From: an uncultured Desulfatitalea sp.
GTDB taxonomy: Bacteria; Desulfobacterota; Desulfobacteria; Desulfobacterales; Desulfosarcinaceae
Reading direction: 5' to 3'
DNA length: 64,000 bases
Assembly (NCBI GenBank): GCA_963668675.2
Contig: CAXXMB010000002.1
Location: forward strand, 2,336,001 to 2,400,000
This document shows, in pieces, positions 50,267 to 60,457 of this stretch. Position 1 is the stretch's first letter. Each line of letters opens with the position of its first letter. The position numbers were made by a program, and so were the translations under genes. The notes under the pieces are model-generated. The model saw nothing but the letters and a program-made list of their open reading frames with translations, made no database searches and had not been told where the DNA came from.

Positions 50267-50483
50267 AATTCTATCGCAATCTTCTATGAAAATGGCCCGG
50301 CGAGTCCAGTGGGTGGCCTGCACCTGACATAAACGCATTCAAGTGCCGCTAAGCGTCAATTCCGGGCGGCCCGGAAACTTGCTATCGCTCAAAAAGTCCT
50401 GGGCGCTGATCCTCCACTGCCCCTAAAAAAAGGGGGGGATGGTGAGAATCGATTTTTGTTTAGAGAAGTGATCGGATCACCCT

Positions 50484-51479
50484 ATGAAACCATATAGCCT
50501 GGCGATAGTGGTGTGGCTGCTCTGCGCTGCTCTGGGAGACGGCTACGCTGCCGCTGACGATGGCCGCCGATTTGCTCATAGCGGGGACGGTCGGATCCAG
50601 CTGTACAGCAGTAAGAACGGCCGTTCATTTTCGGGTGAGTATGATTTGGGGGCGGGGAATTACGATCAAAAGGCCCTTGATCGGATCGCTTTGGTGTTTG
50701 GCTCTCCCAAAGGAGACCCTCTGGCCCATATTGCTTTGCGCCTGATCGCCTTTCTCGATTTTATCCAGGACCATTTCGATCCGACGGCCCGAATCGAGAT
50801 CGTTTCGGGGTGGCGTAGTCCGAACTACAACACCAAGCTGCGCAAGGATGGGCGCTTGGCGGCCACAGCCAGCCTGCATCAGTACGGGATGGCGGCGGAT
50901 ATCGTGATCGATGGGGTCTCTTCGGAAAGGGTGTGGCATTTTGTCCGTCGCCTCGGTTTCGGCGGCACCGGTTACTACCACGGCAGAACGGTGCATGTGG
51001 ATGTGGGTCCGGCCCGCTTTTGGGATGAGTCGAGTTCGGGTGTGGGAACCGGCCTCGCTGACGACAACAAGCTCATCGGCCTGGTAACCGATTGCGACCA
51101 GTACCGTCCCGGAGAGTTGGTGGTGCTCCGTTTTATCCGCATGACCGCTTTCCCCATCGGCGTGGTACCCGAATTTACACTGGAACGAATTGGCCCTAGT
51201 ACTGAGTCGCAAAAGGCCGCCGCCGGCCGCCCCGATTTCAATATCGGCATTGAAGGCGCTTGCCCTCGCTTCGCTGCCATCGCAGACATGATGAATATTC
51301 GTTATCGCCTGCCGAGTCAGCTGCCTCCCGGGGAATATACCATTTGTGCACGCTTTTGCGAAAGCGACTGGGAGGCGATGCCGGAGAAGGTTGCCACGCC
51401 ACCTTTTAAGATCGTTTCTTCCGCATTCCGTTTCTCCCCAACCACGGCCCCAGGCTCCGCAGCAGTATGGCGGCAATGA
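50484..51479 (+). CDS. YcbK/DUF882 (peptidase M15-like) exported protein with C-terminal extension
   Basis: Signal peptide; SGWRSP..N, SLHQYGMAADI, GTGYY, HVDVG. Confidence 0.85.
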   Translation: MKPYSLAIVVWLLCAALGDGYAAADDGRRFAHSGDGRIQLYSSKNGRSFSGEYDLGAGNYDQKALDRIALVFGSPKGDPLAHIALRLIAFLDFIQDHFDPTARIEIVSGWRSPNYNTKLRKDGRLAATASLHQYGMAADIVIDGVSSERVWHFVRRLGFGGTGYYHGRTVHVDVGPARFWDESSSGVGTGLADDNKLIGLVTDCDQYRPGELVVLRFIRMTAFPIGVVPEFTLERIGPSTESQKAAAGRPDFNIGIEGACPRFAAIADMMNIRYRLPSQLPPGEYTICARFCESDWEAMPEKVATPPFKIVSSAFRFSPTTAPGSAAVWRQ

Positions 51480-52254
51480 TCGTGCATCCGCCGATAATGG
51501 CGAGATCTCCCGGCCGTTCACCCAGCAACAGAAAAACCCAGACCGGATTGAGAATAGGCTCAAGAGTAGAGATCAACAGCGCTTCAAGAGCGGTCACATA
51601 ACGGATGGCGATGGAGAACAACGCATAGGCCAATCCGATCTGCACCAGCCCCAGCAGCACTAAGCCGATCCATCCCATGGCCGTGGGGGCCTCCCCGAAC
51701 ATGAAGGGCATGCCGACCACAGCAGCCAACAGGTTACCCAGGATGACCGATTGGACAGGATCGGCATCCTTCTGTTTACGCAGCAACAACGCAATCCAGG
51801 CGAAGCCAACGCCTGAAATCAATCCGGCCACATTGCCCCATAGGCCGCTAAGGGAGAGATCCTCCGAGAAGAAGAGCACCATTCCGGCGAGCACCATGGC
51901 AATGGCGATCCAATCGATATTGCAGGGCTTTTCTCCGAGAAACCAGTAGGCGAAGAAGGCGACATGCACGGGGGCCGTATATTGAAGGAGAATGGCGTTG
52001 GCTGCATTGGTCCACTTGGTGGCCAATACGAAGCTGGTAATGCAGAGGGCATAGGCCAACGCCCCGCCGATCATGTACCGGTTCATTTGCCATCTTTTGG
52101 GACGAAAGATCAGCAACAGGAAGAGGGCGGCGATGGCACCGCGCATACCTGAGATCCCCATGGGCGACCAATCCACCCACTTGATCAGAAGACCGCCGCT
52201 GCTCCAGCACAAGGCGGCCAATAGAAGCAGGCATATTCCGGTCGAGCGCTGCAT
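51406..52254 (-). CDS. DMT/EamA family transporter
   Basis: About 10 TM helices; ANAILLQYTAP, FLGEK, LEPILNPVW, GERP. Confidence 0.9.
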   Translation of the reverse strand: MQRSTGICLLLLAALCWSSGGLLIKWVDWSPMGISGMRGAIAALFLLLIFRPKRWQMNRYMIGGALAYALCITSFVLATKWTNAANAILLQYTAPVHVAFFAYWFLGEKPCNIDWIAIAMVLAGMVLFFSEDLSLSGLWGNVAGLISGVGFAWIALLLRKQKDADPVQSVILGNLLAAVVGMPFMFGEAPTAMGWIGLVLLGLVQIGLAYALFSIAIRYVTALEALLISTLEPILNPVWVFLLLGERPGDLAIIGGCTIIAAILLRSLGPWLGRNGMRKKRS

Positions 52255-52289
52255 GTATCACCACGTTGTCGTCAAAAGCCAATGAGAGA

Positions 52290-53339
52290 TTACAAATTCA
52301 GATAATCCGGTCTCTGGTTGTCGGCTTTGAGGCCCTCTTCGATACGGTCCAGCACCTTTTGCTTCTCTTCGGGAAACTTATATCCTTCGTAGCTGTGGGT
52401 AAAGAGAAGGTTGCCGCGCCGATCGCGCCAGTAGTTGCCGGCATGGTCGAAGCAGACCCGCGAGGTGACATCCAGTTCGGTGACCATGCGTTTGAGCTCC
52501 ATCAGCTGCCCCTCGGGGGTCAGCAGATGGTAGTCGCCCTTTTGGGCCCATTCGTGCATGGTGGTTCCCGGTATCGTATAGAACGGCCGGGAACGGATAT
52601 AGTGGGGGTTGATGGCGTTGAGCACCCGGGCCGTATTGACGGCGTGGTTCTCCCACATATCGCGTCCTCCCAACCCGGGCATCCAGTATTCGGAGACTTG
52701 AAAACCGGCCGCCATGGCCTTGCGGCCTCCCTTGATATGGCCTTCGGAGGTGACGCCCTTTTTAACTTTTTTGAGCAGCTCGTCGTCGCCGGTCTCCAGT
52801 CCGATGTGCAACCGGTCCAGGCCGGCCTTGCGTATGTCAACCAACTCCTCGTGCTTTTTCTGGGACAGGGTCTTGGCCCGGGCGTAGGAGGTGACCCGCT
52901 CGATCGAGGGGAAGGTGCTTCTCAAATGGCGCAACACCTCCACCAATCGGTCGGTGGGCATGATCACGCTGTTGGCATCCTGTACAAAAGCGGTTTTTCC
53001 GCCTGCCAATAGCCAGTGGTACACCATGGCGAAGCCCTGGTGGTAATTGAGCTCGGGATTGCGACCGATCAGGGCGACCACATTTTCACGGCTCACGGTC
53101 CCGTCCGGGCGTCCGCCCTTCAGATCTTTGCACAGGGCAGCAATGGCGTCGATATCGGCTTTGATCTCGTCGGTGCTGCGCAGCTCAAATTTTTCGGTTT
53201 TATACATGGCACAGAATTCACAGCGGTTCCACGGGCAGTTGCGCGTGAAGCGGACCAGCAGCGAATAGCTGCCCCCTTCGCTCGGGGGACGGTAGATGCC
53301 GGTTTCAAAGTCATAGCGGTTTGCAGCTTGGGCTGGCAT
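52290..53339 (-). CDS. Radical SAM protein
   Basis: RPPSE, CPWNRCEFC (CxxxCxxC), GLETGDD; GAGGAG RBS. Confidence 0.9.
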   Translation of the reverse strand: MPAQAANRYDFETGIYRPPSEGGSYSLLVRFTRNCPWNRCEFCAMYKTEKFELRSTDEIKADIDAIAALCKDLKGGRPDGTVSRENVVALIGRNPELNYHQGFAMVYHWLLAGGKTAFVQDANSVIMPTDRLVEVLRHLRSTFPSIERVTSYARAKTLSQKKHEELVDIRKAGLDRLHIGLETGDDELLKKVKKGVTSEGHIKGGRKAMAAGFQVSEYWMPGLGGRDMWENHAVNTARVLNAINPHYIRSRPFYTIPGTTMHEWAQKGDYHLLTPEGQLMELKRMVTELDVTSRVCFDHAGNYWRDRRGNLLFTHSYEGYKFPEEKQKVLDRIEEGLKADNQRPDYLNL

Positions 53340-53448
53340 GGGAACTCCTCGTTGGGTCAGGGGTTTCAATTTTTAAGGTTTTCAGCGGATACCATAACCA
53401 TTTCAGCGGGCAATTCAATTGAGACCCTGCGCTTTGTGGCCTCTGGGA

Positions 53449-54630
53449 TCAGGCGTCGCCGGCGGCAGGCAGGTAGACGGTGATAGTGGTCCCGGTTCCA
53501 GGGATGCTGTCGATGTCAATGAACCCGTTATGATTGGCAATGATACCATAGGCGCTGGAGAGGCCCAGGCCACGGTGCTGGCCGATGCCCTTGGTGGTGA
53601 AGAACGGCTCGATGGCGCGTTTGCGTGTATTGTCATCCATGCCCGAACCCGAATCGCGAATCGATATCTTGACGCACTTGTTGCTTCCGGCGTCCTGAAA
53701 CGGTTCACGCCCCTCGGTGAGTTCGAAATTTTCGGTTTTAACGACCACCTTGCCCTTGTCGTCAATGGCCTGCCACGCATTGAGCATGATGTTCATGATC
53801 ACCTGCTCCATCTGCTGACAGTCAGCCTCTGTCGGCCACAGCGACGGATCCAACTCCTTGACGAGGGCCACCTCGTTCTGGCTGCGGGCAAAGGTTTTGG
53901 CCATCTCTTCGACCACCATATTCATGTTCACCCGGCTTACGTTGTATTTACCCGATTGTGCAAATCCCAGCATCTGGCGGGTGAGCTTGGCGGCATCCTG
54001 TACACAGGCCTCAATACCCTTCAAATGGTCGCGGCGCACATCGTTCAATCCCATGCTGCGGTAGAGCAGCGAGACGCGGCCCTGTATGCCCATGAGCAGG
54101 TTGTTGAACGAGTGGGCCATGCCGCCCGACAGGGTGCGCAACGTGGCGAGGCTCTCGTTTTGAAAATAGTGCTGCTCGATCAGTTTCTGAGAGGTGATGT
54201 CGCGGATAATGTTCAGCGTGGCCGGCTCACCCTCCCACTCGATTCGCACGGCATTGACCTCGGCCCAGAAGATGTCTCCCCTTCGGGTGATGATGCGCAG
54301 GGGGTACATGTTCAGGATCTTTTCGCCCTTCAGGCGCTGCTCGTGGCGTTGGACAACGAGATCGCGCTCTTCGGGGTGCAGATACTCGGTAAAGGGAACC
54401 TTCTCCAGATCCTCGGCCAATACACCCCCCAGTGCCAGCGCTTTGGGGTTGGCAAAGCGGATTTTCCCGTCCTGGAGGACGAAGATGGCGTCATTGGCAT
54501 TCTCCACCAGCACCCTGTATTTGTCTTCGGCCTGGCGCAACGCATCCCTGAGGCTCTCCACCTCCTCTGTTTTTTCAGCTAAAGCAAGACGTTGGGCTTC
54601 ATTCGGATCCGATTGTCTTTTAATATCCAT
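53449..54630 (-). CDS. Cytoplasmic PAS sensor histidine kinase
   Basis: PAS, GMAHSFNN, NAWQA, DSGSG, FFTTK, GLGL; alternative start at GTG 54645. Confidence 0.9.
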   Translation of the reverse strand: MDIKRQSDPNEAQRLALAEKTEEVESLRDALRQAEDKYRVLVENANDAIFVLQDGKIRFANPKALALGGVLAEDLEKVPFTEYLHPEERDLVVQRHEQRLKGEKILNMYPLRIITRRGDIFWAEVNAVRIEWEGEPATLNIIRDITSQKLIEQHYFQNESLATLRTLSGGMAHSFNNLLMGIQGRVSLLYRSMGLNDVRRDHLKGIEACVQDAAKLTRQMLGFAQSGKYNVSRVNMNMVVEEMAKTFARSQNEVALVKELDPSLWPTEADCQQMEQVIMNIMLNAWQAIDDKGKVVVKTENFELTEGREPFQDAGSNKCVKISIRDSGSGMDDNTRKRAIEPFFTTKGIGQHRGLGLSSAYGIIANHNGFIDIDSIPGTGTTITVYLPAAGDA

Positions 54631-54944
54631 CGAAATGCCTTTCACCTCTGCTGAACACGGATAATTTTGTTCCGCTCGCCCCAGGGCGCAAACCGACTGT
54701 AGATTTATATTCGGGGCAATATTTAGGGCAGGTGTATAGATTTTGGTTAATTTAATTACAGATCAACCGATAATATAGGTGTTCATCTATACCAACACTT
54801 CGTTCGGCGCAAGGGGTATGGCGAAAATTGGCTCCGGGATTGTTTGCTAATATCGAACTGTTAGGAGGTGCCAACCCCATCGGCAGGATATGAAAAGCTC
54901 CCGAATGCCGTGTTTACAAACAGAGGTCCGATGCAGCAGTCGCT

Positions 54945-57458
54945 ATGAATGATACCTATTCCATTTTTTTAATACCGCCGATGCTATCGCTCTTTTTTGG
55001 CGGCTATCTTGCGGCTCTGGCCCTGATTTCGATCAGAAGCGTATCACTCAAGGGCAGGGCACTCTTTGCCCTGATGTGCATCTGGTATTCTCTGTTGGCA
55101 CCTCTGTTTATTTGCCACCACATCATCGACGATCCGGATTTGATCCTCTCCATCGAACGTAAAGTGCACTTCTTTTACGTCTACCTCCCTGTCGTGTTCA
55201 TTGCCTTTATCCACCAACTGCTCGATATTCGCCGGCCAGTTGTCATGTTGGTCGTTACGGTATTGAGTTTTCTGATCAGTTTGACCACCCAGGGCGAGTT
55301 CTACTTCGCAGGCCTGTACAAGTATGAATGGGGGTACATCGCCAAAGGGGGCGTCGCGTTTGAGCTGTTTGGGTTATACGGTGCCCTCGCAATGATTTAC
55401 TGTATCATCCAGTTTGCACATCGCATCAAATTGGAACCGAATCCGGCACTCCGTCTCAGATTCAAATATGTTGCCTTCTCCCTTGGTGTAGCCGTGCTCC
55501 TGACCTTTTTCAACATTCCCGCCATGCATGGGGTTGATTTTTACCCGCCTGGAAATTTCAGTTTCCTCCCATTGGCGATGATCGCATACGGTCTCTTTAA
55601 ACACCGCCTGGTGGAGATCCGGAGCCTGCTTAATGTTTCATTCATTCGTTGCGTCCTTTTTATGATGGTTCTGTTACCCAACGCCATCCTCTTCAGCGAA
55701 GGCTCATCATTTTTTTTCCGTTTGCCAATGGAGCTGCAATTCATCTTGTTGGCGCTCATTTTTCTGTTAAATTATATGTATTTTGCACAAATTCGAATGG
55801 TTGCAAGGCGTTGGCTCTACAAATCGCATATCGAGCTTCGAAAGGCGGAAACCCAGTTCACCAAAGAGATGCTGGTGTTGTGTAATGCCGATGACCTCGC
55901 TCGCAAAGTGGATAGTGCCATATGCCGGATTCTGCCATTCAAATGGCTGCGGATTCTGCAATATGACACGACCGATCATGCATTGGTGACTGCTGACGAA
56001 ATGCGATACCCGCTTCCTGAACCGTTGGTAGCGATATTGGCAACTCTCAATGGCATTGTTGAGCGGTCCTCCTCACAGCAAGTGCCGGATGAAGATTCGA
56101 TTCAATCTCAGTTACACCAGATCATGTCCTGTCTTAAGGCAGCCTATGCAGTCCCTCTGGTAAACAATGAGAAGCTGGTCGGGCTGTTGATTTTGCCCAA
56201 AAAGAGCAATCAGAAGTCGATGCATCAGGAGGAGGCTGACTTCATCAAGAACATTTCCGGCACGCTGGCCCTGGCCCTCTCCAATGCGCTGATGTACCAG
56301 CGCATCGCTGCTCTCAGGGACAATTTACAGACCCGCACCGAGGCGCTGACCATGGAGATCGATGAGCGCCAACGGGCCGAGGAGTCATTGAAAGCGGTCC
56401 AGATGGAGCTTGAGGAGGCTCATGTGGCCATGGAGGAGGCCATTTTAAAGGCCAATGAGATGACGGCCAAAATTGAGATCAGCAACCATGTCCTGACCCA
56501 GGAGATGGAGGATCGCAAGAAGGTCGAAAACGCACTACGCCAGAGTGAGCAGCGATACCGCCTGATCACCGAGAACTCCACCGATGTCATCTGGACCATC
56601 GATATGGAGGGTAACTTTACTTTTATGAGCCCAGCGGTGAAGCATCTCCTGGGGTACAGTCCAGAGGAGTTGATTGAATCGGGCATTCAATTGGTTTTGA
56701 CGCCTGAGTCCCTGGAGATTGCCGGCAAGGCCATCGGCGAAGAGCTGGATCGTGTCAACAGGCCCGGCGCCGTTCTTGCACAGAGCCGCAACACCGAGCT
56801 TGAGCAGATGCGCAAGGACGGCACGACCGTCTGGACAGAGGTCAACACCTGCTTTCTGAGAGATGATAAGCGAAACATCGTTGGCGTATTAGGCGTCACC
56901 CGTGACATTACCGAGCGGCGAAAATCCGAACAGGATCTGATCCACATGGCCTACCACGATGCGCTCACCGGACTCCATAACCGAAAGGCCTTCATTGAGT
57001 ATCTGGAAAATGAGGTCCGGTATGCCCAACGCTACCAATCCGGATTGGGACTGCTCTTTTTCGATCTGAACAAATTCAAACAGGTCAATGACACATTCGG
57101 CCACGAGATCGGCGACCGGCTGCTCATTGGCGTGGCCGAGCGGCTGACCAGGGTTGTTCGGGAAACCGATCTGGTCGCCCGGCTTGGCGGCGACGAATTC
57201 ACCATTCTTCTCAAAAATCCGGATGTCGTCTTTCCGGAGATCGTTGCCCGGCGTATCGCTGAAGACTTATCCCGACCATTTGAGTTCGGGGATGTGATTG
57301 TCAATTTCGTTAGCGCCAGCATCGGTATCGCCTCTTTCCCCGATGATGGGACATCGGCCGAAGCCCTGATGAAAAATGCCGATCTTGCCATGTACAAGGC
57401 CAAAAAGGGCGCCATCGATTGTGTCCGCTATTCCGAAACGCTCTCCGAGGCGGTCTGA
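54945..57458 (+). CDS. Membrane diguanylate cyclase (multi-TM, GAF-like, PAS, GGDEF)
   Basis: HDALTGL, DLNKFKQVND.FGH, RETD I-site, intact GGDEF, SIGI. Confidence 0.92.
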   Translation: MNDTYSIFLIPPMLSLFFGGYLAALALISIRSVSLKGRALFALMCIWYSLLAPLFICHHIIDDPDLILSIERKVHFFYVYLPVVFIAFIHQLLDIRRPVVMLVVTVLSFLISLTTQGEFYFAGLYKYEWGYIAKGGVAFELFGLYGALAMIYCIIQFAHRIKLEPNPALRLRFKYVAFSLGVAVLLTFFNIPAMHGVDFYPPGNFSFLPLAMIAYGLFKHRLVEIRSLLNVSFIRCVLFMMVLLPNAILFSEGSSFFFRLPMELQFILLALIFLLNYMYFAQIRMVARRWLYKSHIELRKAETQFTKEMLVLCNADDLARKVDSAICRILPFKWLRILQYDTTDHALVTADEMRYPLPEPLVAILATLNGIVERSSSQQVPDEDSIQSQLHQIMSCLKAAYAVPLVNNEKLVGLLILPKKSNQKSMHQEEADFIKNISGTLALALSNALMYQRIAALRDNLQTRTEALTMEIDERQRAEESLKAVQMELEEAHVAMEEAILKANEMTAKIEISNHVLTQEMEDRKKVENALRQSEQRYRLITENSTDVIWTIDMEGNFTFMSPAVKHLLGYSPEELIESGIQLVLTPESLEIAGKAIGEELDRVNRPGAVLAQSRNTELEQMRKDGTTVWTEVNTCFLRDDKRNIVGVLGVTRDITERRKSEQDLIHMAYHDALTGLHNRKAFIEYLENEVRYAQRYQSGLGLLFFDLNKFKQVNDTFGHEIGDRLLIGVAERLTRVVRETDLVARLGGDEFTILLKNPDVVFPEIVARRIAEDLSRPFEFGDVIVNFVSASIGIASFPDDGTSAEALMKNADLAMYKAKKGAIDCVRYSETLSEAV

Positions 57459-57620
57459 CCCGTTTCTGTTTCCCCGTTGATCTCCTCAATCTCTTTTCGT
57501 TAAAATGCGTTGGCATTTTGCCATAACCAAGATAGTGATACCAAATGATAATTCCGAAGAGTGAGCCGGGTGTGAGCAGCGGATCGCACCGGTAGCCGAC
57601 CAGGCCCGGCAGGGTGACCT

Positions 57621-58637
57621 ATGCGTATCGAAACCAACATCGACCTCACCGCCCTCAATACGTTCGCTTTGCCGTCCGTGGCGAAGCGCCTGCTTCGCAT
57701 TCGAAGCGAAAAGGATGCGTGCAGGCTGTTAAGGGATTCCGGTTTGGCGGGGTTGCCCAGAGCCATTCTTGGGGGCGGCAGCAACGTTATTTTGCCGCCC
57801 ACACTATCGGACGTCGTGCTTAAGGTGGAGATTTCAGGCAAACGCTTGCTTGAGGAGCGGCCCGACGCCTGGATGGTTGAGGTAGGCGCCGGCGAGGTGT
57901 GGCACGACGTAGTTGCGTGGACCATAGCGATGGGATGGCCCGGTCTGGAGAATCTGGCCCTCATCCCTGGAACGGCGGGAGCGGCGCCTATTCAGAACAT
58001 CGGCGCATACGGCGTCGAGCTCAAAGAGCGCTTCGACGCTCTGGATGCGGTGGACCTGGAAACAGGACAAAGCGTGCATATGGCGCACGACGATTGCGGC
58101 TTCGGCTATCGTGAAAGTGTCTTCAAGCGTGAGCTGGCCGGACGCTACCTGGTCACCCGAATAAGGCTGCGTCTGCCCAAACCGTGGCGGCCGGCTGTCG
58201 ACTATCCCGATTTGCAGCGCCGCGCTCGGTTAGCGGGCCGCCACACACTCGACGCGCAACAGGTGTTCGACTGGGTGTGCGCCGTGCGGAAGGCAAAGCT
58301 TCCCGATCCGGCCGATTGGGGCAATGCCGGCAGCTTTTTCAAAAATCCGGTGGTCGGCGAGACCATACGCCGGGAGCTTGTGCGCAACGAGCCGGAGATA
58401 CCGAGTTTCCCACAACCGGACGGCACCTTCAAGCTTTCGGCCGGGTGGATGATCGAGGCGTGTGGATGGAAGGGAAGGTGCATGGGCAATGTGGGGGTCT
58501 ATGAGCAGCAGGCCCTGGTCCTCGTGAACCGCGGGGGTGCCACGGCAGCGGAGGTGTTCGCCCTGGCCGCTGAAATTCGTGAGAGCGTTCGCAAACGCTT
58601 CGGTGTGACACTCGAGATGGAACCGACGCAACTTTGA
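57621..58637 (+). CDS. murB: UDP-N-acetylenolpyruvoylglucosamine reductase (type I)
   Basis: NTF, LGGGSN, GLENLALIPGT.GAAPIQNIGAYG, FGYRES.FK, GNAGSFFKNP, QALVLVN. Confidence 0.95.
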   Translation: MRIETNIDLTALNTFALPSVAKRLLRIRSEKDACRLLRDSGLAGLPRAILGGGSNVILPPTLSDVVLKVEISGKRLLEERPDAWMVEVGAGEVWHDVVAWTIAMGWPGLENLALIPGTAGAAPIQNIGAYGVELKERFDALDAVDLETGQSVHMAHDDCGFGYRESVFKRELAGRYLVTRIRLRLPKPWRPAVDYPDLQRRARLAGRHTLDAQQVFDWVCAVRKAKLPDPADWGNAGSFFKNPVVGETIRRELVRNEPEIPSFPQPDGTFKLSAGWMIEACGWKGRCMGNVGVYEQQALVLVNRGGATAAEVFALAAEIRESVRKRFGVTLEMEPTQL

Positions 58638-58694
58638 TTCAAGGCTTTACGGAAAGCTCTGAGAAAATGCGACAGCATACTTTCTCTCGATACA

Positions 58695-58731
58695 CCCCCC
58701 CCTTTTTTTGGAAAAAGGGGGACAAGTGGAT
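58695..58731. repeat. Short C-run/T-run/G-run hairpin repeat (related copy at 50409-50440, opposite orientation)
   Basis: CCCCCCCCTTTTTTTGGAAAAAGGGGGACAAGTGGAT; its reverse complement resembles TCCACTGCCCCTAAAAAAAGGGGGGG at about 50413. Confidence 0.5.
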
Positions 58732-58737
58732 GCCGCT

Positions 58738-59118
58738 TCAAACGGCCGGTGAAGTCGGATAATACGTCGCGCAGGCGTCTTCCGACTCCCACGTCGTCAC
58801 CCGCCTCACCCGGACCTGTGTTCCGGAGAGCTTTTCAGCCAGGGTCTCTGCGATATGGACGGCGATATTTTCCGAAGAGGGGGCGTCATTGAACAGGCCA
58901 AGTTCATTGAGAAACTTGTGATCGAGGGCGTCGATAATCTCCCTGACGTGGACTTTGAGTTCACCGAAATCGATCAGCACACCCGCCTCGTTGAGCCGCT
59001 CCCCGGCCACGCACACCTCTACCTTCCAGTTGTGTCCGTGTAGATTTTCACACTTTTTGGCCACCATTTGCAGTTGGTGCGCAGCAGCGAAGTGGGTCAA
59101 TATTTTCAATTCGAACAT
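58738..59118 (-). CDS. queD: 6-carboxy-5,6,7,8-tetrahydropterin synthase
   Basis: FAAAH, CENLHGHNW, DFG, LDHKFLN, SSENIA, WES. Confidence 0.95.
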   Translation of the reverse strand: MFELKILTHFAAAHQLQMVAKKCENLHGHNWKVEVCVAGERLNEAGVLIDFGELKVHVREIIDALDHKFLNELGLFNDAPSSENIAVHIAETLAEKLSGTQVRVRRVTTWESEDACATYYPTSPAV

Positions 59119-59133
59119 GGTGGTGGAACTCCT

Positions 59134-60249
59134 TTATTGGGCCGCTTTGGCCGCTGTGCTTTTAAGGATGTTTTTCAGCCGTTTGCCAAATTTGCCCTCT
59201 TCCAGCTTGGCAAACTCCTTGAGCAACCCCTCCTGCTTCTTGTTCAGGTTGGTCGGGGTCTTGATGGTGACCTGGACAATCTGGTCGCCTTTGTGGCCGT
59301 TGCGCAGTGAGGGGATCCCTTCGCCGCGGAAACGGAACACATCCCCGAACTGGGTACCTTTTGGGATTTTAAGGTTTTTCTCTCCGTCGAGGGTGGGAAC
59401 AGTGATGCTATCACCGAGGGTGGCCTGAATGAACGAGATGGGCACCTGACAGATCACATCATTGTCATCCCGCTTAAAGAAGTCGTGGGGTTTGGTATGG
59501 ATGAACACATACAGATCACCGGGAGGGCCGCCCATGGTGCCGGCTTCACCTTCTCCGCTCAACCGTAACCGGGAGTTGCTGTCGACCCCGGCCGGTATCT
59601 TGACCGATACTTTTTTATAAATCTTCTTCTGGCCGTTGCCACCGCACTCTTTACAGGGATGCGGGATGAATTGACCGGCGCCCCGGCACTGAGGGCAGGT
59701 GGTACGAATGGTAAAAAAACCCTGGCTGCGGCCGACCTGGCCTGCACCTCGGCAGTGGGGACAGGTCTCGACCTGTGTGCCGGGTTCGACTCCCTGGCCG
59801 TCACAGACGTCACAGGTTTCATGCTTGTCGATGTCGATGGTCGTTTCCACACCAAAGGCCGCATCCATGAAACTGATGCTCAGGTCATAGCGCAGGTCGG
59901 CCCCTCTGCGAGCCCGGCTGCGCCCGCCCCTGCGCCCGCCGAATCCGAAAAAATCTTCAAAGATGTCGCCGAAGCTGGAAAAGATGTCCTCGAATCCTCC
60001 AAAGCCTGAAAATCCGGAACCTTCCAGACCCTGGTGGCCATACTGGTCATAAATTTGGCGCTTTTGAGAGTCGTGCAACACCTCGTAGGCTTCGGCCGCC
60101 TCTTTGAAGTTCTCTTCGGCCTCTTTGTCTCCGGGATTGCGATCTGGATGGAATTTGAGTGCGAGCTTTCGATAGGCCGCTTTGAGGTCGTTGTCCGTGG
60201 CGTCCTTAGAGACGCCAAGTACTTCATAGTAGTCTCTTTTCGCTTTCAT
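59134..60249 (-). CDS. dnaJ: Chaperone DnaJ
   Basis: [13 protein letters not shown] region, four CxxCxGxG repeats. Confidence 0.97.
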   Translation of the reverse strand: MKAKRDYYEVLGVSKDATDNDLKAAYRKLALKFHPDRNPGDKEAEENFKEAAEAYEVLHDSQKRQIYDQYGHQGLEGSGFSGFGGFEDIFSSFGDIFEDFFGFGGRRGGRSRARRGADLRYDLSISFMDAAFGVETTIDIDKHETCDVCDGQGVEPGTQVETCPHCRGAGQVGRSQGFFTIRTTCPQCRGAGQFIPHPCKECGGNGQKKIYKKVSVKIPAGVDSNSRLRLSGEGEAGTMGGPPGDLYVFIHTKPHDFFKRDDNDVICQVPISFIQATLGDSITVPTLDGEKNLKIPKGTQFGDVFRFRGEGIPSLRNGHKGDQIVQVTIKTPTNLNKKQEGLLKEFAKLEEGKFGKRLKNILKSTAAKAAQ

Positions 60250-60457
60250 AGAGCGTTCCGATTGATCCTTGTTGATTGTCGGCATTGTGTGTTAGGAATA
60301 CTGATTCCGGCCAATACAGTTAGCAGGCGCGCCCAAACGCGATTGGCGGGACCATGCCATTGTCGGCCTCGTCTGTCGTGATGGCGCCCATCTGTTCAAG
60401 CACACCGGATGGGTACGTAATCAATGGCGAATATTAATGCAAGAGCTTAAGTTGTCA

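Noticed and set aside
54650..54944. Possible c-di-GMP riboswitch upstream of the diguanylate cyclase
   Set aside because: GCAAACC is present, but I could not build the GNRA-capped P2/P3 architecture; an Infernal scan would be needed
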